DNA of 64,000 bases. Origin: an uncultured Phycisphaeraceae bacterium (lineage in GTDB: Bacteria > Planctomycetota > Phycisphaerae > Phycisphaerales > UBA1924). Below are positions 8,559 to 19,203 of this stretch, piece by piece. The position numbers were made by a program, and so were the translations under genes. The first letter of the stretch is position 1, and each line of letters begins with the position of its first letter. The DNA is taken from positions 5,075-69,074 of the forward strand of contig CAZXGL010000019.1 of the NCBI GenBank assembly GCA_964640595.1, written 5' to 3'. The notes below the pieces were generated by a model. The model worked only from the letters and a program-made list of their open reading frames with translations, was not told the DNA's origin and ran no database searches.

Positions 8559-10190
8559 TCAGCGGGCGATTTCAATGGCTCGGGTTTCGCGGAGAACAGT
8601 GACGCGGATCTCGCCGGGGAAGGTCATCTCGTCGGAGACCTTGCGGGCGATCTCGTGGGCGATGAGGTAGGCTTCGTCATCGGAAACGCGGTCGGCATCG
8701 ATCATGACGCGGACTTCGCGGCCGGCCTGCACGGCGTAAGCCTCGGTGACGCCGGGCTGGCCGAGTGCGATGTCCTGAAGATCATTCAGACGCTGGACAT
8801 ACCGCTCCATCGACTCGCGCCGAGCGCCGGGGCGGGCGGCGCTGACGGCATCGGCGGCCATGATGATCGGGGTGTACCAAGTGGTGGCGGGGATGTCGGC
8901 GTGATGGCCGCCGATGGCGTTGAGGACGGCCTCTTCCTTCTCGCCGTACTGGCGTGCGAAGTCCATGCCGATCTTGGGATGGCCACCCTCCATCTCGTGG
9001 TCCATGGCCTTGCCGATGTCGTGCAGGAAACCCGCGCGGCGGGCGAGCTTGCCGTCAAGGCCCAACTGGTCTGCGATGATCTGAGAGAGGTACGCGACCT
9101 CGATGGAGTGCTTGAGAACATTCTGGCCGTAGCTGGTGCGGTAGGACAGGCGGCCCATGGCTTCGATAATCTTGGGGTGCAGACCTTTCAGGCCCAGTTC
9201 GACAGCGGCCTCCTTGCCGGTTTTGAGGATCTTCTCCTCGATCTCGGACTTGACCTTCTCGACCACTTCCTCGATTCGGGTGGGGTGCATCCGGCCGTCG
9301 GCAATGAGGCGTTCGATGGATTCGACAGCGATGGCCTGCCGGACCTTGTCGAAACAGGACACCACGATGACGCCGGGCGTGTCGTCCACGATGATGTCCG
9401 CGCCAGTCGCCTTCTCGATGGCGCGGATGTTGCGACCCTCGCGCCCGATGATGCGGCCCTTCATGTCGTCCGAGGGGATGGCGACGGTGCGCACGGTGGA
9501 CTCGCTCGTGAGTTCGTTGGAGTACCGCTGCACGGCATTGATGAGGATCTCGGTGGCCTCCTTGCGTGCGTTCTCCTCGGCGTCCTCGACGATCTGGCGG
9601 GTGACCTTGCCCATCTCGACCCGGGCCTTCTCGGCGACCCGCTCCAGGAGCAGTTCCTTGGCCTGGGTGCGATCAAGCTGGGCGACACGCTGGAGTTCGA
9701 GTTCCTGCTTGTCACGGAGCTGGGCGACCTGCTGCTCGATGGAAGCAACCTGTTCGGTCCTCTTCTCAAGCTTGGCGGACTGCTCGCTCAGGGCCCGCTC
9801 CTTGAGCGTCAGGGTTTCTTCCTTGCGGTCGAAAAGATCCTCCCGTTTTGTGAGCCGGCGCTCGGATTCGCGGAGTTCGGCCCGGGCGGTTTCAAGTTCC
9901 TTATCCACCGCTTCCTTGCGTTCAATGGCCTTCCGCTCCGCATCGAGGCGGATTTTTTCCGCGGCGTTGCGGGCATCGTCCTCGGCGCGACGGACGGTCT
10001 CAGCGGCCTGGGAGGAGGCATTGGCGAGTTTCTGCCCGGCCAGGATACGAAAGAGGAAGAACCCCCCCCCCGCACCGACAATGAGGGCCACCACCCCGAC
10101 AACGATCAGGAGCACAGAGGAACCCGCATTGGCGGCCTGGGCAAGCGTCTGACTGTAACCTGTTGCAAAAAAGGGAGTTCCATGGACCAC
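8559..10190 (-). CDS. rny: ribonuclease Y
   Basis: N-terminal TM (SSVLLIVVGVVALIVGAGGGFFLF), coiled coil, KH domain (MKGRIIGREGRNIRAIE), HD domain (KHSIEVAYL...GFLHDIGKA...GGHH). I prefer GTG 10190 because a GGAG RBS lies 8 nt upstream. The longest ORF extends to 10451. Confidence 0.9.
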   Translation of the reverse strand: MVHGTPFFATGYSQTLAQAANAGSSVLLIVVGVVALIVGAGGGFFLFRILAGQKLANASSQAAETVRRAEDDARNAAEKIRLDAERKAIERKEAVDKELETARAELRESERRLTKREDLFDRKEETLTLKERALSEQSAKLEKRTEQVASIEQQVAQLRDKQELELQRVAQLDRTQAKELLLERVAEKARVEMGKVTRQIVEDAEENARKEATEILINAVQRYSNELTSESTVRTVAIPSDDMKGRIIGREGRNIRAIEKATGADIIVDDTPGVIVVSCFDKVRQAIAVESIERLIADGRMHPTRIEEVVEKVKSEIEEKILKTGKEAAVELGLKGLHPKIIEAMGRLSYRTSYGQNVLKHSIEVAYLSQIIADQLGLDGKLARRAGFLHDIGKAMDHEMEGGHPKIGMDFARQYGEKEEAVLNAIGGHHADIPATTWYTPIIMAADAVSAARPGARRESMERYVQRLNDLQDIALGQPGVTEAYAVQAGREVRVMIDADRVSDDEAYLIAHEIARKVSDEMTFPGEIRVTVLRETRAIEIAR

Positions 10191-10532
10191 GCTGTGGTCT
10201 CCGCTGGGCCGTTGGGGCGTTGGGGAGCGCCTGGAGGCCTGGTTGGACCGTCCACCGGAAAGGCGTGGAGTGCTGGACCGTCGGATGAAATCCCCTTGAA
10301 TGAAGGGGAGGTGTTTACTCTTCTTGGCGAACCCTTCTGAAACCAGAGAGGAAGTAAGACCGATAGGAGAAAAACCACGACGACGGACGGCACCCGCCGA
10401 TCCTGACGGGCGGGAGAAGTTTGGATGCTCACGCCGTCCCGGCCCCGCCAAGACGACGACAATGGGCTATCTTAGCATGGACCGAACACGGGCGTTCCGA
10501 GGAGCGTCCGAAACCGAAGAGGACCCCTGACG

Positions 10533-11372
10533 ATGCGCACACGGATTTGGATCCCGATCATCGCCCTGACACTTGGCGGCACCCTGGTGGCAACCACAGC
10601 GTGCGGACAGCGGATGGGCGGGTTGCGTGCCCGGATCGAGGCGAACAAACTGGCACGGTCCGTGCCAGTGGAAGGCCCACCCGTGACGGTGGGACGAATC
10701 ACGGCGATCGACATCGAGAACCCTTGGGGTGATGTGACCATCGATGCCCGCTCGCGGAACGAAGAGTCGTTCATCGCATTCAAGGTGCGTCAGGAAAAGC
10801 GGCTGCGTTGGCGGACGGCCAGGCAGGGCTATGAGTTCGATCCCACGGGCGAGTACTTCACCGCCCAGCATGTGACCAACGGCGAAGTTGGAACGATCGT
10901 GATCCGCCCGACGACACTGACGATCGACGGCTTCCGCCCGCCGATCGATGTGATCGTGTATGTGCCTCGGGCCGACGGTGTCCGGGTGCGCAACGCAGGT
11001 GGCGACATCAAGATCATTGGCGCCACCGGCGTGATCGACGCAGAATCCGGCACCGCCGAGATGGAAGGTGGGGACATCGAGATCCGCACCAACGGGCCGA
11101 TCCATGACCCGATCACCGCGTGGAGCAGCCACGGGAATGTCCAGATGGTGGTGAGCAAGGACTCGTCGGGCACGATCGAACTTTTTGCCCCGCGCGGCAA
11201 GACGACCTTCGACGGCCGCTATGGCATCACCGAGCATTCACGCCCCGCAAAGGGCTACTGGAGCGGCATCTGGAACGACGGAGTGAACGCGATCACGCTG
11301 CGGGCGGACGCGGGCAACTCGGTCATCATGGTGGTGGACAACCCGGTCATGTACACGCTGAAGAACTGGTAA
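10533..11372 (+). CDS. lipoprotein, DUF4097-like beta-helical putative adhesin
   Basis: Lipobox LVATTAC. Contains repeated G-D-I/V-x-I motifs (WGDVTID, GGDIKII, GGDIEIR, HGNVQMV). Confidence 0.55.
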   Translation: MRTRIWIPIIALTLGGTLVATTACGQRMGGLRARIEANKLARSVPVEGPPVTVGRITAIDIENPWGDVTIDARSRNEESFIAFKVRQEKRLRWRTARQGYEFDPTGEYFTAQHVTNGEVGTIVIRPTTLTIDGFRPPIDVIVYVPRADGVRVRNAGGDIKIIGATGVIDAESGTAEMEGGDIEIRTNGPIHDPITAWSSHGNVQMVVSKDSSGTIELFAPRGKTTFDGRYGITEHSRPAKGYWSGIWNDGVNAITLRADAGNSVIMVVDNPVMYTLKNW

Positions 11373-11408
11373 GTGACCCGAGAACTGTGCACACGAAACC
11401 GCCCGGCG

Positions 11409-11439
11409 GAGATACGCCGGGCGGTTTTTAATTCGGTCT
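11409..11439 (+). terminator. rho-independent terminator
   Basis: Perfect 10-bp stem ccgcccggcg / cgccgggcgg, loop gagata, then TTTTT. Confidence 0.8.
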
Positions 11440-11526
11440 GGTGATTGAACTTGCTCGCGCGGCATGTGACGGGTTTGCAGGAACCGTGCGGGCTAAAGCT
11501 CGCGTTCCTAGTGATCAGGCGGGGGG

Positions 11527-12375
11527 TCAGGCGGCCTTGCGAACGGGCATGGCGCCCACATAGCGGGCGATCTGGCTGACGATGAACTCCTTGTGCTCTT
11601 GGTTCAAGGAGAAGTCAAAGGCGAGGCCGGCATATGTGTTCTGCTGGGAATCGATGTGGGTGTGGGCGACGCGGGCGGTGAGCAGCAGCGGTGCGGGAAC
11701 GGTGGGCCGCAGATCGATGCGCAGGAAGTAGGCGTGGACGGAGTCCATCGTTGAGTGGTCCTGACGGGGAATGATGAGCCCGACGCCACCCCCACCGATG
11801 TTGGAGAGGCGGGCCTCGAACTTGGGGCCGACCTCGGGCATCGCGGTCGGATCATCGCTGGGCCTGGCCTGACCGCCGTTCCCCCGTTCGAGCAGGTCTG
11901 TGATCTGGACGCGGTTGGCGATCTCGATGGGCAGGGCCGATCGAGGGTCGAGCAGGGGCCAGCACTCGACCATCGGCAGGTTCAGTTCGAGGGTGCTGGT
12001 CCGATCTGCGTTGCGACGGATGCAGCGTTCCACACTGTCTGGAGCCTGGATGCGCAGTGCGCGACGCAGGCCGTGGCGGGTGGGGACGCTTTCGACAGCG
12101 ATGACTCGTGAACGGAACATCCAGCGGTTCTGGCCGACCGCCATGATGCCGACAAGCGGCGTGCCAGCCGGGACGGGAAATGACTGGCCCATCGAGCCGG
12201 GATGCTCGACAAGGATGGTGTCGTTCTCGACGCGATAGACATGCACACGCCAGACGAGATCCTTCCGGTCGGAGGTCTGGCCCTGATCGATGGCGAACTC
12301 GAGCCCGCCGCCTCGCTCGCAGATCTGGTGAAGGCATTCACGCCAACGCTCGGTGCGGGAACGATTCGCGGGCAT
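11527..12375 (-). CDS. PilZ-domain (YcgR-like) c-di-GMP receptor candidate
   Basis: RRxxxR motif (RRNADR) and a downstream LSNIGGGGVGL segment resembling the D/NxSxxG motif. Motif spacing is longer than canonical. Confidence 0.5.
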   Translation of the reverse strand: MPANRSRTERWRECLHQICERGGGLEFAIDQGQTSDRKDLVWRVHVYRVENDTILVEHPGSMGQSFPVPAGTPLVGIMAVGQNRWMFRSRVIAVESVPTRHGLRRALRIQAPDSVERCIRRNADRTSTLELNLPMVECWPLLDPRSALPIEIANRVQITDLLERGNGGQARPSDDPTAMPEVGPKFEARLSNIGGGGVGLIIPRQDHSTMDSVHAYFLRIDLRPTVPAPLLLTARVAHTHIDSQQNTYAGLAFDFSLNQEHKEFIVSQIARYVGAMPVRKAA

Positions 12376-12447
12376 ACTCGGGTCTCCGGAAGGACGAAAG
12401 GTTTTCCTTCAAAGGTCATCGGACCCGATCGGACACGGCTTGACCGG

Positions 12448-14667
12448 TCATGGCACGAGGGCGGGGGCTTGTGCCTTCTCGGACTTGCGGATGTCGCGGA
12501 TGAGGCGGCGGATGTCCGTCTCGGCCGCTTCCGGACGGGGTGAGTAGCGGACCTGATACAGCAGGTCGCACGCGCGGGTGAGGGCTTCGGCGAGCGGCGG
12601 AGCAAGATGAGGGGCGGACTCGGCAAGATGCTCGCGCAGCGGGCGGTCCTGCGGTTTGGCATGGCCGACACGGGCCAGTGCGTGCAGCGTCCGACGATGC
12701 AATCGGTCGGGACCGTCGGCACGCGAGACGGTCAACCGTCCGAAAATGCGGCGCAGTCTGTCCGAGACGGCGGCGGTAATGCGGGCCAGAATATCGCGTC
12801 TGCGGAGAATAACCAAGCCGACCACCATGGAGCAGGCAAAGACCGCAGCGGCGGTGATGCCCGCGCGAACGACAAGACCCCGAGCGTCGTGGCGCAACCG
12901 CTCAATCATGCGCCCGCCGAAGCTGCGCAGCCCGAAATCGGTGGCCAGATCCCCGAGCAGGGCCCGCTGGGTTTCGGTGCTGAAACCAACCACGCCGGTG
13001 GCCCATGCGAACTCGATGGTCTCGTAGATCTTCTGGACGGATCGCCAGAGGCTGGGTGGGGGCTGGTGCATCTGGTTGAGCTGGAGGGGCGGGGTGCCGT
13101 CGAAGGTCATCCAGTAGCCCGGGGCGATCTCGGCTTCCACCCAGCCATGGGCGTTGCTCTCACGGACAATGTACTGACCGGTGACCTCGTTGTATTCGGA
13201 AGCGACATACCCGGTGACGACCCGTGCATTGATGCCGATGGCGCGGGCCATCAACGCAAGGGCCGATGCATAATACTCGCAGTGTCCCTCACGGCGATCG
13301 TATAGGAACCATTCGGTGGGCTCGCGTCCGGGCGGGATGGGTTCGTCCAACAGGGTGTACGAAAAGGCGGACTGTAAGTGGTTCTCAAGGATACGGACCG
13401 CGCGGATGTCGTCATCGATCGGGCGGACTGTCGGATCGGGGTCGATCTCCACAACATTGAGGATTCCCAGTGCATACTCCCGCACCCTTGGAGGAACCGC
13501 GTCCGAATTGAACGACGAACGAACCATCCCCGCCGTTGACCTGTCCAGGAAACGCGGATCGAGAGCACGGACCGTGTACTCCAGCCGACCAGGAGAGCCC
13601 TCCCGCACCACGACCCCGTTGGAAGCATCATGGGCGAGAAACTGGCCCGCGCCGGTCGGGCGGAGTTCAAGCGGCTGCCAGAGGGTGAACAACGGCGTGG
13701 CGCCGGGGGCGGCGCTGCGGAGGGTGACGCGGAGTTCGGTCTTCCAGATCTCGGTGCGGGGTGAAAGCCATGGACGGATGGCGATGCCGTCGGGGATGTA
13801 CTGGGCACGGATGAGTGACCGGGCCTTGGGACCCTGATCACGACGCCAGCGGCCGTCCTCATAGGTTTCGAGAACCGCCCCGCGAAGGTAGATCGGGGGA
13901 GAATCAGCCCGGCCGTGGTTGCGTTCGTTTCGATCGAGGACCGTGACATCCATGACCGGCGTCTGGGACTGCGAGATGAGACCCGGGCCACCAAGCTGCA
14001 CCTCGTCGGTGAAACCGGTGGTCTGCGCGGTCGGCATGACGCCCCAGTTACCGAAGGATTCCGCTCCGAGATTCCGCGGAAGGAATACGAAAACGATCGC
14101 GGCGACCGCCAGGATTGCGAAGCCAGCACCAAACTGGAGTGAGCGGAGATCCCGGCGGTGTGACTCGGTGGGCACGGCGGTGGCACGCCCGCCCCGCTCG
14201 GCGGCGACTTGGATCTGGTGACGAAGAACCGCCCGGAAGAGAAGGGCACTGCCACTAAGCAGCATCAGGCCGGTGAACATGGAGTTGCTGGTCAACACGG
14301 CCGAGATGTAAAGCCCGGTGATCAGGACGAGGGCCTGGCCCCAGTCACGCGCCCGACGCAGATCAAAGAGCTTGACAATGAGCAGCAGACCGATGAAGTA
14401 GGCGAACGCGCTCACGGTGAAGCCCATGCGGAGCATCTGCAGGATGCCGGTTCCCAGCACACCGAGCAGCCCCGCGTTGATCGCCCGGGTGGGGGCCGGG
14501 CGTTGCGGGAGAACCGAGAGCCACCATGCGGTGGCCAGACCGCAGAGCATGATGGTAAAAAACTCGGGGGAGGCATCGGCGACTGTGTACGCCAGGACCG
14601 CACCCAATGCCGCGAACCCCACGGAACGCCGCAGATGACGGATCAGGGTGGGATCGGACGCGGTCAT
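12448..14667 (-). CDS. transglutaminase-like membrane protein (TgpA-like: multi-TM N-terminus, TGase core, C-terminal TM region)
   Basis: Core EGHCEYYASALALMARAIGINARVVTGY...NAHGWVEA (Cys-His-Asp-type). I chose ATG 14667 because it forms a TGATG overlap with the DUF58 stop. The longest ORF reaches 14742. Confidence 0.8.
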   Translation of the reverse strand: MTASDPTLIRHLRRSVGFAALGAVLAYTVADASPEFFTIMLCGLATAWWLSVLPQRPAPTRAINAGLLGVLGTGILQMLRMGFTVSAFAYFIGLLLIVKLFDLRRARDWGQALVLITGLYISAVLTSNSMFTGLMLLSGSALLFRAVLRHQIQVAAERGGRATAVPTESHRRDLRSLQFGAGFAILAVAAIVFVFLPRNLGAESFGNWGVMPTAQTTGFTDEVQLGGPGLISQSQTPVMDVTVLDRNERNHGRADSPPIYLRGAVLETYEDGRWRRDQGPKARSLIRAQYIPDGIAIRPWLSPRTEIWKTELRVTLRSAAPGATPLFTLWQPLELRPTGAGQFLAHDASNGVVVREGSPGRLEYTVRALDPRFLDRSTAGMVRSSFNSDAVPPRVREYALGILNVVEIDPDPTVRPIDDDIRAVRILENHLQSAFSYTLLDEPIPPGREPTEWFLYDRREGHCEYYASALALMARAIGINARVVTGYVASEYNEVTGQYIVRESNAHGWVEAEIAPGYWMTFDGTPPLQLNQMHQPPPSLWRSVQKIYETIEFAWATGVVGFSTETQRALLGDLATDFGLRSFGGRMIERLRHDARGLVVRAGITAAAVFACSMVVGLVILRRRDILARITAAVSDRLRRIFGRLTVSRADGPDRLHRRTLHALARVGHAKPQDRPLREHLAESAPHLAPPLAEALTRACDLLYQVRYSPRPEAAETDIRRLIRDIRKSEKAQAPALVP

Positions 14668-15824
14668 CAGCGCGGCCCCCGTTGGGCGGGGAGCAGGCTG
14701 GGAGGCAGGGTCGCGTTCGGGGCCAACCAATCCTCCGGACACGCAGGGTCCAGAACCGTAGAAGCCTCCAGCCCGATTGGAGTGGTCATGGGAATCGTGA
14801 TGACGGAATCACCGGGGCGAAGGGGTGGATCTGAATCCGGGCCTGGCGCTGCGGTGAGATCGATCATCGCCAAGGCCCGGACGGCCCGTGTCTCCGCGGG
14901 CCCGCCCGTGGCGGGGACGAGTTTCACACCGGCCCACGGGGCCCAGACACCCACGGGACGACCCGAGCGGGACCCCGCCACCGTGAGCGAGGCGGCCAAC
15001 GCGATCGCCCGTTCGGCGATGAAATCAAACCCTCCGGACGGGGGGGTGATGTGGATCCACACCGATCGGCCCTGTGGCTCGGCATGCTCAACCACGAGCA
15101 GGTCCGAACGACGGGCGCTTGGACGCCATGCGATCAGACGACGCGGATCCCCCGGTGCGTATGGCCGCAGGCCGAAGTAGGCCCCGGTGGCGTTGCGTCT
15201 GGCGCGTTTGATGCGGTGCTCGGTCTGACCCTCGCCAAGTGAGGCGATCAGATCGGGATTGAGTTCGAGAATGGGCGGGGTGGCCAGCCCACGCCTGGGG
15301 ATGGAGTACTCGAGCGTCTTGATGATGAACCCGAACGGAAAACGAGACTCCACCAGAACGCGGTCGAAATCAGTCGGCCCACGCCGGGTCGGGGTCCATG
15401 GGACCGTGGTCCGGGTGATGCTGCGCGGACCGATATGCAGGGCACACCCTGGGCGAGCATCCGGAGCGTCCAACTCACGGATGTTCAGTGCGAAGACGGG
15501 CAGCAAGCGATTGCGGCTGACGAGCGTGTGCGCCAGATCCCGCGTGACACCAACGGGTGTATCGGGGACTTCAAGGGCCGCGTGACGGAGACCCATCAGG
15601 CTGTTGCCGGAGATGATCCCCGAGACGATCACGGCGGCGACCGCAAGACCGAACACCCAGAAAAGCAGGTTGTTCTGGGAGTTCACGGCACCGATCGCCA
15701 GGAAAACCGTGATAAAAATAAACACGAACCCACTCCAGCCGAGTCTCGCACCCCGACGCCGGGGCCGGATGGCGTTGCCCGCGTTGTGCTGCAAGGCCGG
15801 GTTCGGACTCGTGCCGGGGGTCAT
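14667..15824 (-). CDS. DUF58-family protein (vWA-like, two N-terminal TM helices)
   Basis: N-terminal WSGFVFIFITVFLAIGAVNSQNNLLFWVFGLAVAAVIVSG is typical of DUF58. Position upstream of the transglutaminase matches the usual MoxR-DUF58-TGase layout. ATGA overlap with the upstream gene. Confidence 0.7.
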   Translation of the reverse strand: MTPGTSPNPALQHNAGNAIRPRRRGARLGWSGFVFIFITVFLAIGAVNSQNNLLFWVFGLAVAAVIVSGIISGNSLMGLRHAALEVPDTPVGVTRDLAHTLVSRNRLLPVFALNIRELDAPDARPGCALHIGPRSITRTTVPWTPTRRGPTDFDRVLVESRFPFGFIIKTLEYSIPRRGLATPPILELNPDLIASLGEGQTEHRIKRARRNATGAYFGLRPYAPGDPRRLIAWRPSARRSDLLVVEHAEPQGRSVWIHITPPSGGFDFIAERAIALAASLTVAGSRSGRPVGVWAPWAGVKLVPATGGPAETRAVRALAMIDLTAAPGPDSDPPLRPGDSVITIPMTTPIGLEASTVLDPACPEDWLAPNATLPPSLLPAQRGPR

Positions 15825-16291
15825 CGTTCCATGCGGTTCGGATCGGGGGCGGTGCCGGTTGCGGGGCCGGAAGATGTGGGCTGGGCCATGACGGTGCAGA
15901 GCAGCTTTTGGTTACCCTTGGGCAGATACGAACGGGAGCGAGCCGTGTAGATGCCGGGGCCGCGGGTCCGGATGATGACCGCGCCGCCGGGATGCTGGCC
16001 GCGGGCAAGGGTGAACATGAAGTTCCCCTGATCGTCGGTGGTAGTGCTCATGAGCATCGAGCCGCTGTTGGAGGCGGACTCACGGAGCATGGCGACCTCA
16101 ACATTCGGTACGCCGGGCAGGGTCAGGCGTTCGTCCGTGGGGTCCACAATTACCGCCAGCCCCACCGGGCCAGTGATCACGCGACCGTTGATCCGGGTCG
16201 CGCCAGAGCAGCCGATCTGGGCGACCGTGAACAGGGCGATGGCCAGCAGGGGGATGATGCGTCCGAGCACACGGGCGTCCTTGCGGTGCAT
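15821..16291 (-). CDS. lipoprotein with carboxypeptidase-regulatory-like (CarboxypepD_reg) fold
   Basis: Lipobox AQIGC. INGRVITGP...TTTDDQGNFMFTL pattern. Confidence 0.55.
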   Translation of the reverse strand: MHRKDARVLGRIIPLLAIALFTVAQIGCSGATRINGRVITGPVGLAVIVDPTDERLTLPGVPNVEVAMLRESASNSGSMLMSTTTDDQGNFMFTLARGQHPGGAVIIRTRGPGIYTARSRSYLPKGNQKLLCTVMAQPTSSGPATGTAPDPNRMER

Positions 16292-16314
16292 GGAAAAACT
16301 CCTTGGAAGATGCG

Positions 16315-16947
<633 letters not shown>

Positions 16948-17203
16948 GACCGGATGCTACCCCCTGTTCGGCGAATCCGCCGGGGAAGGCAGCCGCATTC
17001 TCACCCCGCGGCCAGAGGGAGGACCTGTTCTGATACCGATCGGCCCCCACTCCTTCCATACACACTACACCCCGCGCGTCTTCGCGGGTAGGAGACACCG
17101 GATAACTCCTGATTTGGCGGCTGGGTATGAACCCCGGGTCAGCCGGCTCGTGATGACGCCGATAGACGGGATGGAGGCGGTCATAGAGAGACCGGGAAGC
17201 ACC

Positions 17204-17602
17204 ATGGCGGAAATTACCGTATTGCTGGTCGATGATGAACCTCATGTGACGCATGTGATGTCGCGCGCGGTCAAAGCCGCCGGCATGGAAGTTCTGACAG
17301 CCGAGGACGGGGAAGAGGCTTATGAACTCGCCTCCGAGCATCGGCCGCAACTGATCGTGACCGATCTCCAGATGCCGTACATGAGCGGGATCGACCTGGC
17401 GGAAAAACTGAACGGGAACAACGAGCTGTGCCGGATCCCGCTGATCCTGCTGTCAGCCCGCGGCTATGTGGTGGAACGAGAAGCCAAGGATCTTTCGAAC
17501 ATCCGCCTGGTGATCGAGAAACCGTTCAGCGCGCGGGATGTGGTGTCCAGAATCCAGGAGCTGCTGGCCTGCGAGGGGCCGGGGCTGAGGCAGTCCGCGT
17601 GA
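17204..17602 (+). CDS. single-domain CheY-like response regulator
   Basis: MAEITVLLVDDEPHV...LIVTDLQMPYMSGIDL...IEKPF. The ATG is internal to track ORF 16562..17602. Confidence 0.85.
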   Translation: MAEITVLLVDDEPHVTHVMSRAVKAAGMEVLTAEDGEEAYELASEHRPQLIVTDLQMPYMSGIDLAEKLNGNNELCRIPLILLSARGYVVEREAKDLSNIRLVIEKPFSARDVVSRIQELLACEGPGLRQSA

Positions 17603-19203
17603 GCGCCACCATTAAGCCCAAGACCAGGCCGACCGTGCCGCCGGCGTTCGTGGAGCGTTGCACCCAGCTCGGGCTGATCACCTGGCGGCTGGACCCGAAC
17701 GGAATGCCGGTCGAGGACGCGAGCGCAAGCGACCTGCTGGCGCTGTGGATGAGTTCCAAACCATTCCGCTCGATGCTGACGGAACTGGCATCGGTGTGGA
17801 GCGCCCAGCAGACGCTGTCGGCCGCCAACCCGCTGCCCGGGCTGTGGGTCTACCCGTTCGAGGAACTGCACCGGCGGAGGCGGACGGGCTACTTCATCGC
17901 CATCGGATTCGGCCCCGAGATCCTGGACTCGAGCCTGCTCGAACCCGGTTGCGTGGGAGGCTCGCTGCAACTGGCTGCGGTCAAGCACGCGCTGCACCAT
18001 TACGCCGTGCTGAGCGACCGCGAGGCACAGAGGGTCGGTCGGCTCATCGGATGGATGCACGAGGATCTGAGTGGTTACTTCCGATCGGCTGAGGTCATCG
18101 ATGGTTTCACCGCCCAGCTTGCATCCGCGTATGAATCGGTGACCATGCTGTGCGAGCTTGGGCGTGCAATGGGATCGATCAACGAGCCGGGCTCGTTCGT
18201 GCGGACCACGGGTGAGCAGATCGCGTCGACACTGATGTATCGCTGGGTTGGCATCGCACTGAACGATGCAAAGACCATCTATCAGGTCGGACCTGAACGG
18301 CTGACTGACGAAATGGCGCATGCCACCATGGCGCGGATGGCCAACGAAGCCCCGGCCGCGTCTGCGGGGACCACAGAGATCTACCACATCCATGACCCGA
18401 ACTCCCCACTCGCGCCGCAGCTTGTGGCGCACCCCATCGAACGGGGCGGGCGTCGGTTCGGAGTGCTGCTTGCGGGCGGAAAAATGGGCGATGACGCGCA
18501 GGTCTCGACCTACGAAACCAAGTCCATCGAGTCGGTGTGCGGCCTGCTCGGCGCCTTCCTGGAGAACGCCGACCTGTACGCCGAGCAACGGCTGAGCTTC
18601 CTCGGAACGATCCGGGCGATGTCCGGCGCGCTGGATGCCAAGGACCGGTACACCCGCGGCCATTCGGACCGTGTCGCGCACCTCAGCGCGGAGATCGCAC
18701 GGGTGCTCGGCTTCAGCCCCGAAGAGATCGAGCGGGTCCGGATCGCCGGCATCGTGCATGATGTGGGCAAGATCGGCGTGCCCGAGAGCGTGCTCTGCAA
18801 ACCCGGGCGGCTGACCGATGAGGAGTTTGAGAAAATCAAGGAGCACCCCGAAATCGGCTACAGGATCCTCGAAGGAATTCCGGGCTTGCAGGATATTCTA
18901 CCAGGCGTGCTCCATCACCACGAGCGGTATGACGGACGCGGGTATCCCCACGGCCTGGAGGCCGACGGGATCCCGCTCCTGGCGCGAATCATCGGCGTTG
19001 CGGACACCTTTGACGCGATGAGTTCAAACAGGGCTTACCGTTCGAAGATGTCACGCGATGTGGTGCTCGCGGAGGTCGCCAAGTGCTCCGGAACACAGTT
19101 CGACCCACGGGTTGCCGTGGCGTTCCTAAGCGTGGACCTGTCCGAGTACGACCGCATGGTTGAGAATCACGCGGCGCAGGACCCGCTGCGGCAGGCCGCC
19201 TGA
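17599..19203 (+). CDS. GAF-like sensor plus HD-GYP domain c-di-GMP phosphodiesterase
   Basis: HD-GYP core HSDRVAHL...IVHDVGKIGVP...HHHERYDGRGYPHGL...VADTFDAM. GTG 17599 overlaps the receiver gene stop (GTGA). Confidence 0.85.
   Translation: MSATIKPKTRPTVPPAFVERCTQLGLITWRLDPNGMPVEDASASDLLALWMSSKPFRSMLTELASVWSAQQTLSAANPLPGLWVYPFEELHRRRRTGYFIAIGFGPEILDSSLLEPGCVGGSLQLAAVKHALHHYAVLSDREAQRVGRLIGWMHEDLSGYFRSAEVIDGFTAQLASAYESVTMLCELGRAMGSINEPGSFVRTTGEQIASTLMYRWVGIALNDAKTIYQVGPERLTDEMAHATMARMANEAPAASAGTTEIYHIHDPNSPLAPQLVAHPIERGGRRFGVLLAGGKMGDDAQVSTYETKSIESVCGLLGAFLENADLYAEQRLSFLGTIRAMSGALDAKDRYTRGHSDRVAHLSAEIARVLGFSPEEIERVRIAGIVHDVGKIGVPESVLCKPGRLTDEEFEKIKEHPEIGYRILEGIPGLQDILPGVLHHHERYDGRGYPHGLEADGIPLLARIIGVADTFDAMSSNRAYRSKMSRDVVLAEVAKCSGTQFDPRVAVAFLSVDLSEYDRMVENHAAQDPLRQAA

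Noticed and set aside
8532-10340. 602-aa plus-strand ORF
   Set aside because: It is antisense to RNase Y, which has unmistakable KH and HD motifs. The translation is Gly/Asp/Leu/Ala-rich with no motifs.
10191-10451. N-terminal 87-aa extension of the RNase Y ORF
   Set aside because: The extension is Arg/Ser/Pro-rich and precedes the conserved N-terminal TM helix. GTG 10190 has a GGAG RBS and gives a normal-length RNase Y. I cannot exclude the longer form without data.
17464-18846. 460-aa minus-strand ORF
   Set aside because: It is antisense to the HD-GYP gene, with an Arg/His/Pro/Gly-rich translation.
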